Sequence record: QB031381.1
Length of the DNA stretch: 44,356 nucleotides
Reading direction: 5' to 3' (one strand)
Origin: a phage
Below, in pieces: positions 25,898 through 34,114 of this stretch. Positions within the stretch are counted from its first letter, which is position 1. Each line of letters starts with the position of its first letter. A program made the translations under genes and the position numbers. The notes under the pieces are model-generated. The model was not told where the DNA came from, searched no databases, and was given only the letters and a program-made list of their open reading frames with translations.

Positions 25898-26000
25898 AGC
25901 GGGACAAAAAGCGGGACAGACCAGGGGCGGGACAAAGCGGGACAGCACCCCGTCCCACCCCCGGATGACGCGGCCTGGAGGGGAGCGGGACAGGCGGGAC
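25898..26000 (+). repeat. Iteron array: six direct GCGGGACA repeats
   Basis: Copies at 25898, 25910, 25926, 25936, 25984 and 25993 (start positions), plus an imperfect GGGACAG-cacccc-GTCCC dyad. Confidence 0.8.
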
Positions 26001-26005
26001 AAACC

Positions 26006-26054
26006 CCAGTCTTTCAGACTAGACGGGGGTCAACGGCCCCCCTCGTCTGAGACT
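26006..26054. repeat. 49-bp GC-rich imperfect palindrome (copy A)
   Basis: cagtctttcagactagacgggggtcaacggcccccctcgtctgagactg; also present at 42659..42707 with one substitution. Confidence 0.8.
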
Positions 26055-26214
26055 GCATAAAATCCTGGATTGCAAAATACACGGCAGCATGTTGCGGATT
26101 GCGGTCGTCACTGAACTAGGCAACCAATGCGAGTTGCTGAATGGTGGGCGGAAAATGCAGTTTGCAGTCACAGCAGATAGCGATCAACTTTTTCATGCGC
26201 GTGATTAATATTGG

Positions 26215-26243
26215 TTGCATCCACCCCAGCACCCTGCTATATT
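26215..26243 (+). promoter_or_regulatory. Sigma70-like promoter (TTGCAT-N17-TATATT) flanked by two ATTGGTTGCA copies
   Basis: The -35 lies inside ATTGGTTGCAT (26209..26220); a second copy starts right after the -10 (TATATTGGTTGCACACCAA); 28 nt upstream of the ATG at 26271. Confidence 0.5.
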
Positions 26244-26270
26244 GGTTGCACACCAATAGGAGGGCGGAAC

Positions 26271-26450
26271 ATGAAAACCGAAATGGTTGATAAGCACGAA
26301 ATCAAGATCGGCGATACGGTAGTCCACAACGGGGAGCTTCGCACTGTGTGCAATCGAGCGTTTAGCATCGATGAATTTATGGGCCTGCTACTTTGGGGCG
26401 ACAGCTATCGTTTAGGGCATAAACTGGTTGAGAGGGTTACGGAACTATGA
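26271..26450 (+). CDS. Hypothetical protein
   Basis: 59 aa; ATG with GGAGGG RBS. The longer listed ORF starts at a TTG inside the promoter. Confidence 0.45.
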   Translation: MKTEMVDKHEIKIGDTVVHNGELRTVCNRAFSIDEFMGLLLWGDSYRLGHKLVERVTEL

Positions 26451-26752
26451 AAGCGATTATCTGGAATTACTCCCTGGCCGTGGCAAAGCTGGACGAAGCG
26501 AAGGCACTAAACGGCAACGTAGACTCGGCGCTTCAGGTCGCGATACTGGCGCATCAATCACTTCGCAACGCGCTTTACGGTATGGGCGCCAGCATGGACG
26601 AACTGAGGCCGTTGCGTAAGGCCATCCATGCATACGCGCAGGCATTCTCCCGCGAGCGCCTGGCGTATCGCTTCGGGATCGGTGAGACGGCAGTGACAAA
26701 CGTCGCCCGGATTAAAGCACAGCGCGAACTATTTGCCCAGCTTGCGAAATAA
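26447..26752 (+). CDS. Hypothetical protein with possible HTH (candidate regulator)
   Basis: HTH-like segment (RLAYRFGIGETAVTNVARI); start overlaps the upstream stop. Confidence 0.4.
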   Translation: MKAIIWNYSLAVAKLDEAKALNGNVDSALQVAILAHQSLRNALYGMGASMDELRPLRKAIHAYAQAFSRERLAYRFGIGETAVTNVARIKAQRELFAQLAK

Positions 26753-26761
26753 GGGGCCAAA

Positions 26762-27031
26762 ATGGTCCGCAGACGAGCTAAACAGCTTTCGTGGCATATT
26801 CCGCTGCATTGCATACGCATATGGGCTAAGAATGCGACTGAGGGCGATTCTGTGTTCTGGAGCTATCGCGACGATGTGAAGCCGTTGACGCAGACACGCT
26901 ACTTGCACCAGTTCGCAGCAAAACACGATTTCAGGGTGCGGACTTCCTTGCAACCAATGGGAATCCGTATTACATTACGCCGGAAGCCCGCCGTTGAGCG
27001 GGTAGGCAAACACTGGAGACTGAGCAAATGA
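26762..27031 (+). CDS. Hypothetical basic protein
   Basis: 89-aa ORF, Arg/Lys-rich. Confidence 0.35.
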   Translation: MVRRRAKQLSWHIPLHCIRIWAKNATEGDSVFWSYRDDVKPLTQTRYLHQFAAKHDFRVRTSLQPMGIRITLRRKPAVERVGKHWRLSK

Positions 27032-27624
27032 AATTACTATTCCGCCGCAAATCGGACGGCAAAATACTTAGACCAATACAGACCCTTTCCGCCTACGTGC
27101 GCCTACACCACGCCGCAAGCGATCGTGTCTGGTGGGCAACAAAAGCTAAACTTCCGGAGAAATACGATATTGTCACGCATGATATTGAGCGCGGCGATGT
27201 GCTGCGTGATATTCGCGACGGCAGTATGTGGATCGTCGAGTATGTCGGGCTTCATGGCCTGCGTATGCAAAACCGCAAGGATGGCGTCGCCGGTATGACT
27301 TACTTCGGCCTCGTAAATTACGAGCGAGTGGGTCGCAAATACTGCATTCGTGACCGCCAGCCGCATGAGCGGTCGAGCGCCATAGCGGACGCAGTTAACC
27401 GCGTAACGCATGACGTGGCGCAGAAGACGCGTGTAGATTTCACCCGCTACGACTCCCACCAGGTGCAGGCGAAGATGGGCAACGCAGTACGCCAAATCGT
27501 CAACCGCTTTGATGCCGTGACGAACGCACAGCGCCATGCGCAGGAGTATGGCGTTGGATTCATCCGGGTGGAACGAGACGGCAGCATGAAAGCCATCGAC
27601 CCGCGCTCGGTGATTCTGAAATGA
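27028..27624 (+). CDS. Hypothetical protein
   Basis: 198-aa ORF; start overlaps the upstream stop. Confidence 0.45.
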   Translation: MKLLFRRKSDGKILRPIQTLSAYVRLHHAASDRVWWATKAKLPEKYDIVTHDIERGDVLRDIRDGSMWIVEYVGLHGLRMQNRKDGVAGMTYFGLVNYERVGRKYCIRDRQPHERSSAIADAVNRVTHDVAQKTRVDFTRYDSHQVQAKMGNAVRQIVNRFDAVTNAQRHAQEYGVGFIRVERDGSMKAIDPRSVILK

Positions 27625-27761
27625 GTGCGACGATCCGTGATATGCTTCAGCATAACCGCTTCGAGATAGGCGGTCGGGTATTTCGCAATTACTTCGTGGC
27701 GCGTGCATGGGCGCGCCATATTGGCAAACCGGAAGGGGCAATTCGATGCTACACGACGTGA
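27621..27761 (+). CDS. Small hypothetical protein
   Basis: 46-aa ORF (MSATIRDMLQ...) with ATGA overlap to the upstream gene; below the ORF-track cut-off. Confidence 0.25.
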   Translation: MSATIRDMLQHNRFEIGGRVFRNYFVARAWARHIGKPEGAIRCYTT

Positions 27762-28033
27762 TTTATTGGTTTGGTTTGATCTGCGGGCTGTGCCTGCTTA
27801 CCGCGGTGCTGTTGGGTGTCCTGATGTTCGTAGTATGGCCTGCAGTGGAAGCCGCCAGCATTACCCGCATGACGTTCGAGGTCTACAAGCGCCGTGGAAT
27901 TACGGAGCACCCGACCAGGTTGCGCATGTGGTGGCTGTGGTATCGGGATATGATAGGCGGTCGAACATTCGAAGCCACCCGCTCATACGGGTGGGAGTGG
28001 AAAGGCGTCGGCAAGTGGTCCGTTTTCGATTAA
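27746..28033 (+). CDS. Small membrane protein
   Basis: Internal ATG with GGAAGGGG RBS; TM segment (VIYWFGLICGLCLLTAVLLGVLMFVVW). Confidence 0.4.
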   Translation: MLHDVIYWFGLICGLCLLTAVLLGVLMFVVWPAVEAASITRMTFEVYKRRGITEHPTRLRMWWLWYRDMIGGRTFEATRSYGWEWKGVGKWSVFD

Positions 28034-28050
28034 TTATGCAAGCGTGATAT

Positions 28051-28085
28051 AGTCCCAGTGAGATAAAACTTACTGGGACTTTTTT
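28051..28085 (+). terminator. Rho-independent terminator immediately upstream of the lysis cassette
   Basis: AGTCCCAGT-loop-ACTGGGACT hairpin followed by TTTTTT. Confidence 0.5.
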
Positions 28086-28376
28086 ATGGATAAGCTAAAC
28101 GAGTGGCTATTCGCCCTGGCATGTCTGGCGGGTGGCTTCGTAGGCGCACGCATTCATGGCGAGGCTACGAAGGGGCCGCTAAACTTCGTTTTGTATGTCG
28201 TAGTTGGCTTCCTGTGTGCCATATTTGGCGCACCGGCTATTGCCGAGTGGGCCGGTTTGTCGGGCGAGCGCACTGTCGCCGGTTTAGGCTTCGTAACCGC
28301 AATCTTCTGGATGCCAATCGCCGACCGGATCAGGGAGACTATTGCGTCGTTCCGACTTCCGGGGGGTGCAAAATGA
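28086..28376 (+). CDS. Holin (three predicted TM helices)
   Basis: 96 aa with three hydrophobic segments, directly upstream of the lysozyme gene. Confidence 0.55.
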   Translation: MDKLNEWLFALACLAGGFVGARIHGEATKGPLNFVLYVVVGFLCAIFGAPAIAEWAGLSGERTVAGLGFVTAIFWMPIADRIRETIASFRLPGGAK

Positions 28377-28618
28377 TTATCTCCGTCCTGTTGTTTGTTA
28401 TCATCGGGGCTTCGTCCCTGTTTAACGTGTATGCGCCGTCCGTCCGGGATGGCATTTTCGGCCTGGTGCTGTATCTGTTAACGGCAATGGTCTGTATTAT
28501 CGGATTGTTGCAAACAGGAGACGTATCGGATACCACCTGGACCGCGTTAATCTGGCTGTTTGCATTGCGCACACTGCGTAATGCTGTTTTGAATGGGGTA
28601 AAACATGCGATTCAGTGA
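28373..28618 (+). CDS. Second small membrane protein of the lysis cassette (holin or antiholin-like)
   Basis: 81 aa, ATGA overlap with the upstream gene, multiple TM segments. Confidence 0.4.
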   Translation: MIISVLLFVIIGASSLFNVYAPSVRDGIFGLVLYLLTAMVCIIGLLQTGDVSDTTWTALIWLFALRTLRNAVLNGVKHAIQ

Positions 28619-29096
28619 CAACGGTCTGAGATTTACGGCAGCATGGGAGGCTTTCAGCCCGGTGCCGTATTTCGCGACCAAGAAAGAGCAGGCCCGTGGC
28701 CTGTACACCTGGGGTTATGGGCATACCGGCACTAATCCGCCACGAAGCATTACCCGTGCAGAAGCGCTGGAGCTACTCAAGCGCGATGTGGCGTATGCCG
28801 AAGACTGGGTAAACAAATACGCGCATCCGAGCATTAATCAAGCGCAATTCGACGCGCTGGTGGATCTGGTAATCAATGCCGGTCCGGGTCCGATCGTACC
28901 GGATGACGTAGCGAATGATTTCGATGATGCGGTGCGACTGGGAGACTGGGCGAAGGTCCGTGCTACGCTGCCGCTGTTCCGCAAGCAAGGCGGGGAAGTG
29001 CTTAAGGGTCTGGTGCGCCGTGCAATCGGCAGACAGGCGTTATTTGATGGTAAGCAGTGGGACGTTGCCGAGCGAATCGGTCGTAACGCAGCATAA
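28605..29096 (+). CDS. Endolysin, T4-lysozyme-like (GH24-type)
   Basis: E-x8-Y...TWGYGHTG pattern characteristic of phage lysozymes; 163 aa. Confidence 0.7.
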   Translation: MRFSDNGLRFTAAWEAFSPVPYFATKKEQARGLYTWGYGHTGTNPPRSITRAEALELLKRDVAYAEDWVNKYAHPSINQAQFDALVDLVINAGPGPIVPDDVANDFDDAVRLGDWAKVRATLPLFRKQGGEVLKGLVRRAIGRQALFDGKQWDVAERIGRNAA

Positions 29097-29112
29097 TACG
29101 AGGGGACACGAT

Positions 29113-29280
29113 ATGTTGAAAAGTATTCTTGATCATAATGCGGACGCGCTTGCCGCACTGGCTAAAACCGAAGATCCGGGCGCACGCGCTATCATCGCGG
29201 ACACTATCAACCACGCTGGGGTCTTCGATGCGAAGCTGCCAAGCCCACCACCGCAGGAGGAATCTGGTCCCGCAGCGTAA
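29113..29280 (+). CDS. Small hypothetical protein
   Basis: 55-aa ORF with GAGGGGA RBS, ending just before a terminator. Confidence 0.3.
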   Translation: MLKSILDHNADALAALAKTEDPGARAIIADTINHAGVFDAKLPSPPPQEESGPAA

Positions 29281-29286
29281 ACAATC

Positions 29287-29313
29287 AAGCCCGGTATTAT
29301 CCGGGCTTTTTAT
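29287..29313 (+). terminator. Rho-independent terminator
   Basis: AAGCCCGG-TATTAT-CCGGGCTT hairpin followed by TTTTATT. Confidence 0.6.
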
Positions 29314-29372
29314 TGCCCGCCTCGATAAGTCCCGTGATATATTGTCCCCGGTCCCATAATCAGGAAGTAATT

Positions 29373-30515
29373 ATGCACCCGCAAACTAAAATCACAGACG
29401 AGCAATTGATTGCTGAATTACAATCCGGCGCTACATCGAAAGAGATTTCTAAGAAGTACGGTTTGTCCCTCCGAAACGTCTACATGCGGAAAGCCCGCCT
29501 ATCGAAAAAAGGAATTGGTCACGGCAACGACGCCGTAATCCGCCAGCGCGTTGCCGATGGCTTCGGCGTTAAGCGCGTATCGGCCCTGGTGCGCGGCAAT
29601 GGCGAAGAGGTCATGTCGTGGGTCATCACTGAGCAGGATAAGGAGCGCCAACTCGAAGCCATGCGCGCTGTTGTCGAGGGTATGAACAGCGAAATCACAC
29701 CGGCAGCGCCAGTAAACGCCCCATGCCAGTATACCCAGGCGCTTGACTTGCTCAACCTGTACACCGTGTCCGACTTCCACCTGGGCATGTTGGCGTGGGG
29801 CGAGGAGACTGGCGAAGACTGGGATATGGCGATCGCCGAAGACCTGTTCTACCGCTGGTTTGTCGAAGCCTTCGCACGCGCACCAGACGCAGGCACTGCC
29901 GTGATCAATATCCTCGGCGATATGGCGCACTTTGATAGCCTCGACGCCGTCACTCCCGCCAGCGGTCACGTACTGGACGCCGACACCCGATACCAGAAGT
30001 TGGTCCGCTATATGATTCGCATGGTGCGCAACGTCGTCGAACTGGCGCTGCAAAAACACCACAAAGTCAAACTGCTAATCGTCCAGGGGAATCATGATGA
30101 GTCGGGTATGATCTGGCTGGCTGAGATGTTCAATACTCTGTACGAGAACGAGCCGCGCGTCGATGTGGATACGTCCCCGGACGTTTACAAAATGGTGCAG
30201 CACGGAAAGACCACGCTATTCTTCCACCACGGGCACAAAGCGCGATTCGATGTTATCGAGCAGGTTATGATCGCTAAATTCAGACAGGCGTTCGGGGCGA
30301 GCGAATACAGCTACGCGCACGTAGGCCATTTGCACCACCAGAAGATTGTTGAATCCCGCAACATGATTGTTGAACAGCACAGGACGCTCGCAGCGAAAGA
30401 CGCCTACGCCAGTCGTGGCGGTTGGATGTCAGGTCGCAGCGCCAACGTCATTACCTACAGCGCCAACTACGGCGAAGTAGCGCGCTTAACCATTAGCCCG
30501 GAAATGTTGAAGTAA
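29373..30515 (+). CDS. Calcineurin-like metallophosphoesterase with N-terminal HTH
   Basis: ATG with AGGAAG RBS. HTH-like N-terminus (TSKEISKKYGLSLRNVYMRKARL), then DFHLG, GDMAHFD, GNHDE, HHGH and GHLHH motifs. Confidence 0.55.
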   Translation: MHPQTKITDEQLIAELQSGATSKEISKKYGLSLRNVYMRKARLSKKGIGHGNDAVIRQRVADGFGVKRVSALVRGNGEEVMSWVITEQDKERQLEAMRAVVEGMNSEITPAAPVNAPCQYTQALDLLNLYTVSDFHLGMLAWGEETGEDWDMAIAEDLFYRWFVEAFARAPDAGTAVINILGDMAHFDSLDAVTPASGHVLDADTRYQKLVRYMIRMVRNVVELALQKHHKVKLLIVQGNHDESGMIWLAEMFNTLYENEPRVDVDTSPDVYKMVQHGKTTLFFHHGHKARFDVIEQVMIAKFRQAFGASEYSYAHVGHLHHQKIVESRNMIVEQHRTLAAKDAYASRGGWMSGRSANVITYSANYGEVARLTISPEMLK

Positions 30516-30645
30516 CGGCAACCCGTACCCCTCCCAGCCTGCCGATTTGGTGGGCTTTTTTGTGCCTGTTATAATCCCCCTTAGATGGCAGGGCCGTCTC
30601 CTATGTTGCCGATGGTCGGCGCATATGAACAAAAGGGTTTATATC

Positions 30646-31197
30646 ATGGCAGAAATCAAAGTTAAGGGCCGACGCGCCAAACTGGACGGACGAGTAGCAG
30701 TAACCCCGCGCCGTAAACCCGGCGAGCAAACCGAGCATACCAATCTCGGACCTGAAATCGAGTACGGAAAGCGCCGTAAAGGCGGCAAATGTGGACGCCC
30801 TACTGACTACCGATCCGTTTACTGTGACCAGCTTCGCCGCTATTTTGCCGACGCCGACGCCTGGCAGGTCAACTACTCCGATAAAGGCGCTGCGCAAGTA
30901 ATCCCCCGCAACAAAATGCCAACCTTCGGTCGATTTGCCGCGGAAATCGGCGTGGGCGTAGCTTGCCTGTATCGCTGGGCGCGTGCGCATGAGGAGTTCG
31001 CTGAGGCGATGGCGGACGCAATGGAGTTACAAAAAACCTTCCTGATGGAAGCTGGCGGCGTGACCATCGCGGCAGGCTTCGCTACATTCCTGCTTAAAGC
31101 AAACCACGGCGTCCGCGACGATGTGCCGCTGGATGACGACGAAGATGATAACGGCGACGTCGTAGTGGAACCTTCCGGCAAAGGCCAGGGTGAATAA
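30646..31197 (+). CDS. Terminase small subunit
   Basis: 183 aa directly upstream of the large subunit with an overlapping stop/start; HTH-like RFAAEIGVGVACLYRWARAH; acidic C-terminus. Confidence 0.55.
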   Translation: MAEIKVKGRRAKLDGRVAVTPRRKPGEQTEHTNLGPEIEYGKRRKGGKCGRPTDYRSVYCDQLRRYFADADAWQVNYSDKGAAQVIPRNKMPTFGRFAAEIGVGVACLYRWARAHEEFAEAMADAMELQKTFLMEAGGVTIAAGFATFLLKANHGVRDDVPLDDDEDDNGDVVVEPSGKGQGE

Positions 31198-32582
31198 TGC
31201 GTAACTATGCGGCAGAACACCGCGCACTGGAACGCGCGATCGCAAAGCGCAACCGACCGCCACGCCCGACACGCGTTGCGCAGGCCGTCCGCCTTTACCA
31301 GCCTGATTGCTTGCCGCACCAGGTTGAACTACTGCGCGACACAAAGACTAAAATCCTCGGCCTGTGTTCCGGCTTCGGCGGTGGAAAGTCGTGGGTCGCT
31401 GCGCGTAAGGTCATCCAGCTTTTAACCCTGAACCCCGGTCATGACGGCATCGTTACAGAACCGACTATTCCCCTCCTGGTTAAAATCATGTATCCGGAAC
31501 TGGAGAAGGCATTCGACGAGGCTGGATTCCGGTGGAAATTCAATAAGCAGGATAAGATCTACAACGTGCTGGTAAAAGGCAAATGGACCCGCGTGATCTG
31601 TGAATCAATGGAGAACTATACCCGCCTGATCGGGGTCAACGCCGCGTGGATTGTTGCCGACGAGTTCGACACCACGAAACAAGACGTCGCGCTGGCGGCG
31701 TATCACAAATTGCTCGGTCGTCTGCGTGCTGGCTTCGTCCGCCAGTTCGTCATCGTATCGACGCCTGAAGGCTACCGGGCGATGTACCAAATTTTCGAGG
31801 TGGAGAAAGACAACCAGAAACGCCTGATCCGGGCGAAGACCACGGACAACCACCATTTACCGGCGGACTTTATCGACACGCTCCGCAGTCAGTACCCAGC
31901 TAACCTGATTGATGCGTACCTGAACGGCCTGTTTGTTAACCTTACGTCGGGCGCGGTGTACAAGATGTTTAATCGCGAGGAGAACGCCAGCACCGAAGAA
32001 GTGCAGCCGGACGACACGCTGATTATCGGTATGGACTTTAACGTCACGAAGATGGCGGCGGTTGTGTACGTCAGACGGCAGCGAGTCACCGAGAACAAGG
32101 AGTTCCGCGACGAGATTCACGCGGTGGATGAATTTGTGGACCTGTTTGACACCCCGGCTATGGTTGAGGCGATCGAGGAGCGCTACCCAGATCATTGTGC
32201 TGCCGGTCGTGTTGTCGTTTACCCGGATAGCAGCGGCAAATCCCGCAAGACGGTCAACGCGTCGTCGTCCGATATCGCACAACTGGAAGATGCGGGCTTC
32301 GAGGTGGAGTATGACAGCGTTAACCCACCTGTGAAAGATCGATTGATCGCGATGAATACGATGATGTGCAACTCGAAGGGCGTGCGCCAGTATTTTGTCA
32401 ACCTGGATAAATGCCCTACACTAGCGAAATGCCTGGAACAGCAGGTGTACGACCTGAAGAAAGGCGAGCCGGATAAAACTGCCGGTGTGGACCACATGAA
32501 TGACGCAGCGGGCTACCCTATTGCGCACTTGTTCCCTGTGATTCGTCCGATCGCCGTTGTTCCAACTGTAGACTTCTACTAA
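31197..32582 (+). CDS. Terminase large subunit
   Basis: Walker A-like (GLCSGFGGGKSW), Walker B-like (WIVADEFD), C-terminal nuclease-type acidic residues; 461 aa before the portal gene. Confidence 0.8.
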   Translation: MRNYAAEHRALERAIAKRNRPPRPTRVAQAVRLYQPDCLPHQVELLRDTKTKILGLCSGFGGGKSWVAARKVIQLLTLNPGHDGIVTEPTIPLLVKIMYPELEKAFDEAGFRWKFNKQDKIYNVLVKGKWTRVICESMENYTRLIGVNAAWIVADEFDTTKQDVALAAYHKLLGRLRAGFVRQFVIVSTPEGYRAMYQIFEVEKDNQKRLIRAKTTDNHHLPADFIDTLRSQYPANLIDAYLNGLFVNLTSGAVYKMFNREENASTEEVQPDDTLIIGMDFNVTKMAAVVYVRRQRVTENKEFRDEIHAVDEFVDLFDTPAMVEAIEERYPDHCAAGRVVVYPDSSGKSRKTVNASSSDIAQLEDAGFEVEYDSVNPPVKDRLIAMNTMMCNSKGVRQYFVNLDKCPTLAKCLEQQVYDLKKGEPDKTAGVDHMNDAAGYPIAHLFPVIRPIAVVPTVDFY

Positions 32583-32593
32583 GGAAACCGACC

Positions 32594-34114
32594 ATGACCG
32601 TTAACGTTGACAACCAACACCCGCTATATGCGCGCATCGCGCCTGAGTGGAAAATGATCCGTGACTGCGTAGCAGGGGAGCGCGCCGTAAAGGCGTGCGG
32701 GCCATTGTACCTGCCACACCCAGCCAGCGGCGACACCACCGACCCGAAATCGCGTGCGCGATATAAGGCATATAAGCAACGTGCTGTCTTCCTGAATGCC
32801 ACCGCCCGAACCCTTAACGCGCTGTTAGGCGTCGCCTTCGCCAAACCGGTGAGTATGGACCTTTCCGGGGCAATGGCGGACCTGATTGATGACGTAGACG
32901 GCAGCGGGATGCCGCTGGCGCAACTCCTGCGCGGCGCTATGTCGGAAGTGCTGCAATCGGGCCGCGCTGGCTTTATGGTGGACTACGACCGCCAGGCTAA
33001 CTTTGATGAACTGGGTAACGTAGTGCCGCAGACAGCCGCTGAAATGGCGACACATCGCCCGCTTATCCGCCTGTATACGGCTGAACAGATCATTAACTGG
33101 CGACAGACCCACGGGGTCGACACGCTAATCGTGCTGAAGGAGACGGACGAAATCAGCACCGTAGACCCGGACGACTTCGCAAACCACGAAGTAACGATCT
33201 GGACTGAGCTTCGCATGATTAACGGTGCGGCACACGCCCGCCGCTGGTTTTACAACGCGGACACGTCCGAGGTGCAAATGGACTTGCCGCGTGGATTCAC
33301 CCGCACCGACCTTGTACCACTGGTGGATGCTGCCGGTAACGCGCTTACGCAACTGCCATTTTGCTGGTGTGGCGCGGTGGACAACAACGCGACACCGGAC
33401 GCCGCACCGCTGGCGGATATTGCATCCATCAACATTAAGCACTACAACGCCGAAGCGGACGTCGCCGAGATTGCGCACATCGTGGGTCAACCTACCCTCG
33501 TTGCGACCGGCCTGACCCAGTCATGGGCGGACAAGAACCTGAAAGGGGGCATCGCGCTCGGGGCAACTAAGGGCGTTATCCTGGGTCAGAACATGGACGC
33601 CAAACTGCTTCAGGCCGAAGAACGAAACCTATCGGTCGCACTGTGTGAACGCCGAGAGCTGCAAATGGCTAAACTTGGCGCGGCCCTGGTCGAGAAGGGG
33701 ACCGCACCTAAGACGGCAACCGAAGCGGCCTACGATGCGCAGACAGATAACAGTATCCTGTCACTGATTGCCGGTAACGTTGAGAAGGCTTTCAACCGTG
33801 CGCTGCAAATCGTTAAGCTGTTCACTGGCGACACCGCAGATCAACGCGTAACGCTGAATAAGTTCTACACCGAGATCACGGTTGACGCACAGCTTATGAC
33901 CGCGATGATGGCGGGTGTGCAGACCGGTACGGTCCGGCTGGCGGACTTTATCAAGTGGATGATGGCCCAGGGCGTCATTGATGACTCGCAAACCGTCGAG
34001 CAGGTGGAAGACGAACTTCGAAATCAGAATCCATTGCCTCAAATGTCCCCGGATGCGGTAGAATCTACCGAAGAAGACCCGGACAAGGTAGCGGACAATG
34101 GCGAAGACAATTAA
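32594..34114 (+). CDS. Portal protein
   Basis: 506 aa directly after the terminase large subunit gene; acidic C-terminus. Confidence 0.7.
   Translation: MTVNVDNQHPLYARIAPEWKMIRDCVAGERAVKACGPLYLPHPASGDTTDPKSRARYKAYKQRAVFLNATARTLNALLGVAFAKPVSMDLSGAMADLIDDVDGSGMPLAQLLRGAMSEVLQSGRAGFMVDYDRQANFDELGNVVPQTAAEMATHRPLIRLYTAEQIINWRQTHGVDTLIVLKETDEISTVDPDDFANHEVTIWTELRMINGAAHARRWFYNADTSEVQMDLPRGFTRTDLVPLVDAAGNALTQLPFCWCGAVDNNATPDAAPLADIASINIKHYNAEADVAEIAHIVGQPTLVATGLTQSWADKNLKGGIALGATKGVILGQNMDAKLLQAEERNLSVALCERRELQMAKLGAALVEKGTAPKTATEAAYDAQTDNSILSLIAGNVEKAFNRALQIVKLFTGDTADQRVTLNKFYTEITVDAQLMTAMMAGVQTGTVRLADFIKWMMAQGVIDDSQTVEQVEDELRNQNPLPQMSPDAVESTEEDPDKVADNGEDN

Noticed and set aside
25898-26000. GCGGGACA repeat arrays considered as a CRISPR array
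   Set aside because: The repeats are only 8-9 bp, irregularly spaced at 9-48 bp, occur in both orientations and have no spacer-like unique units. They look like iterons, not CRISPR.
26211-26450. Listed ORF start at 26211
   Set aside because: It starts at a TTG inside the -35 element of the promoter. The ATG at 26271 with a GGAGGG RBS was used instead.
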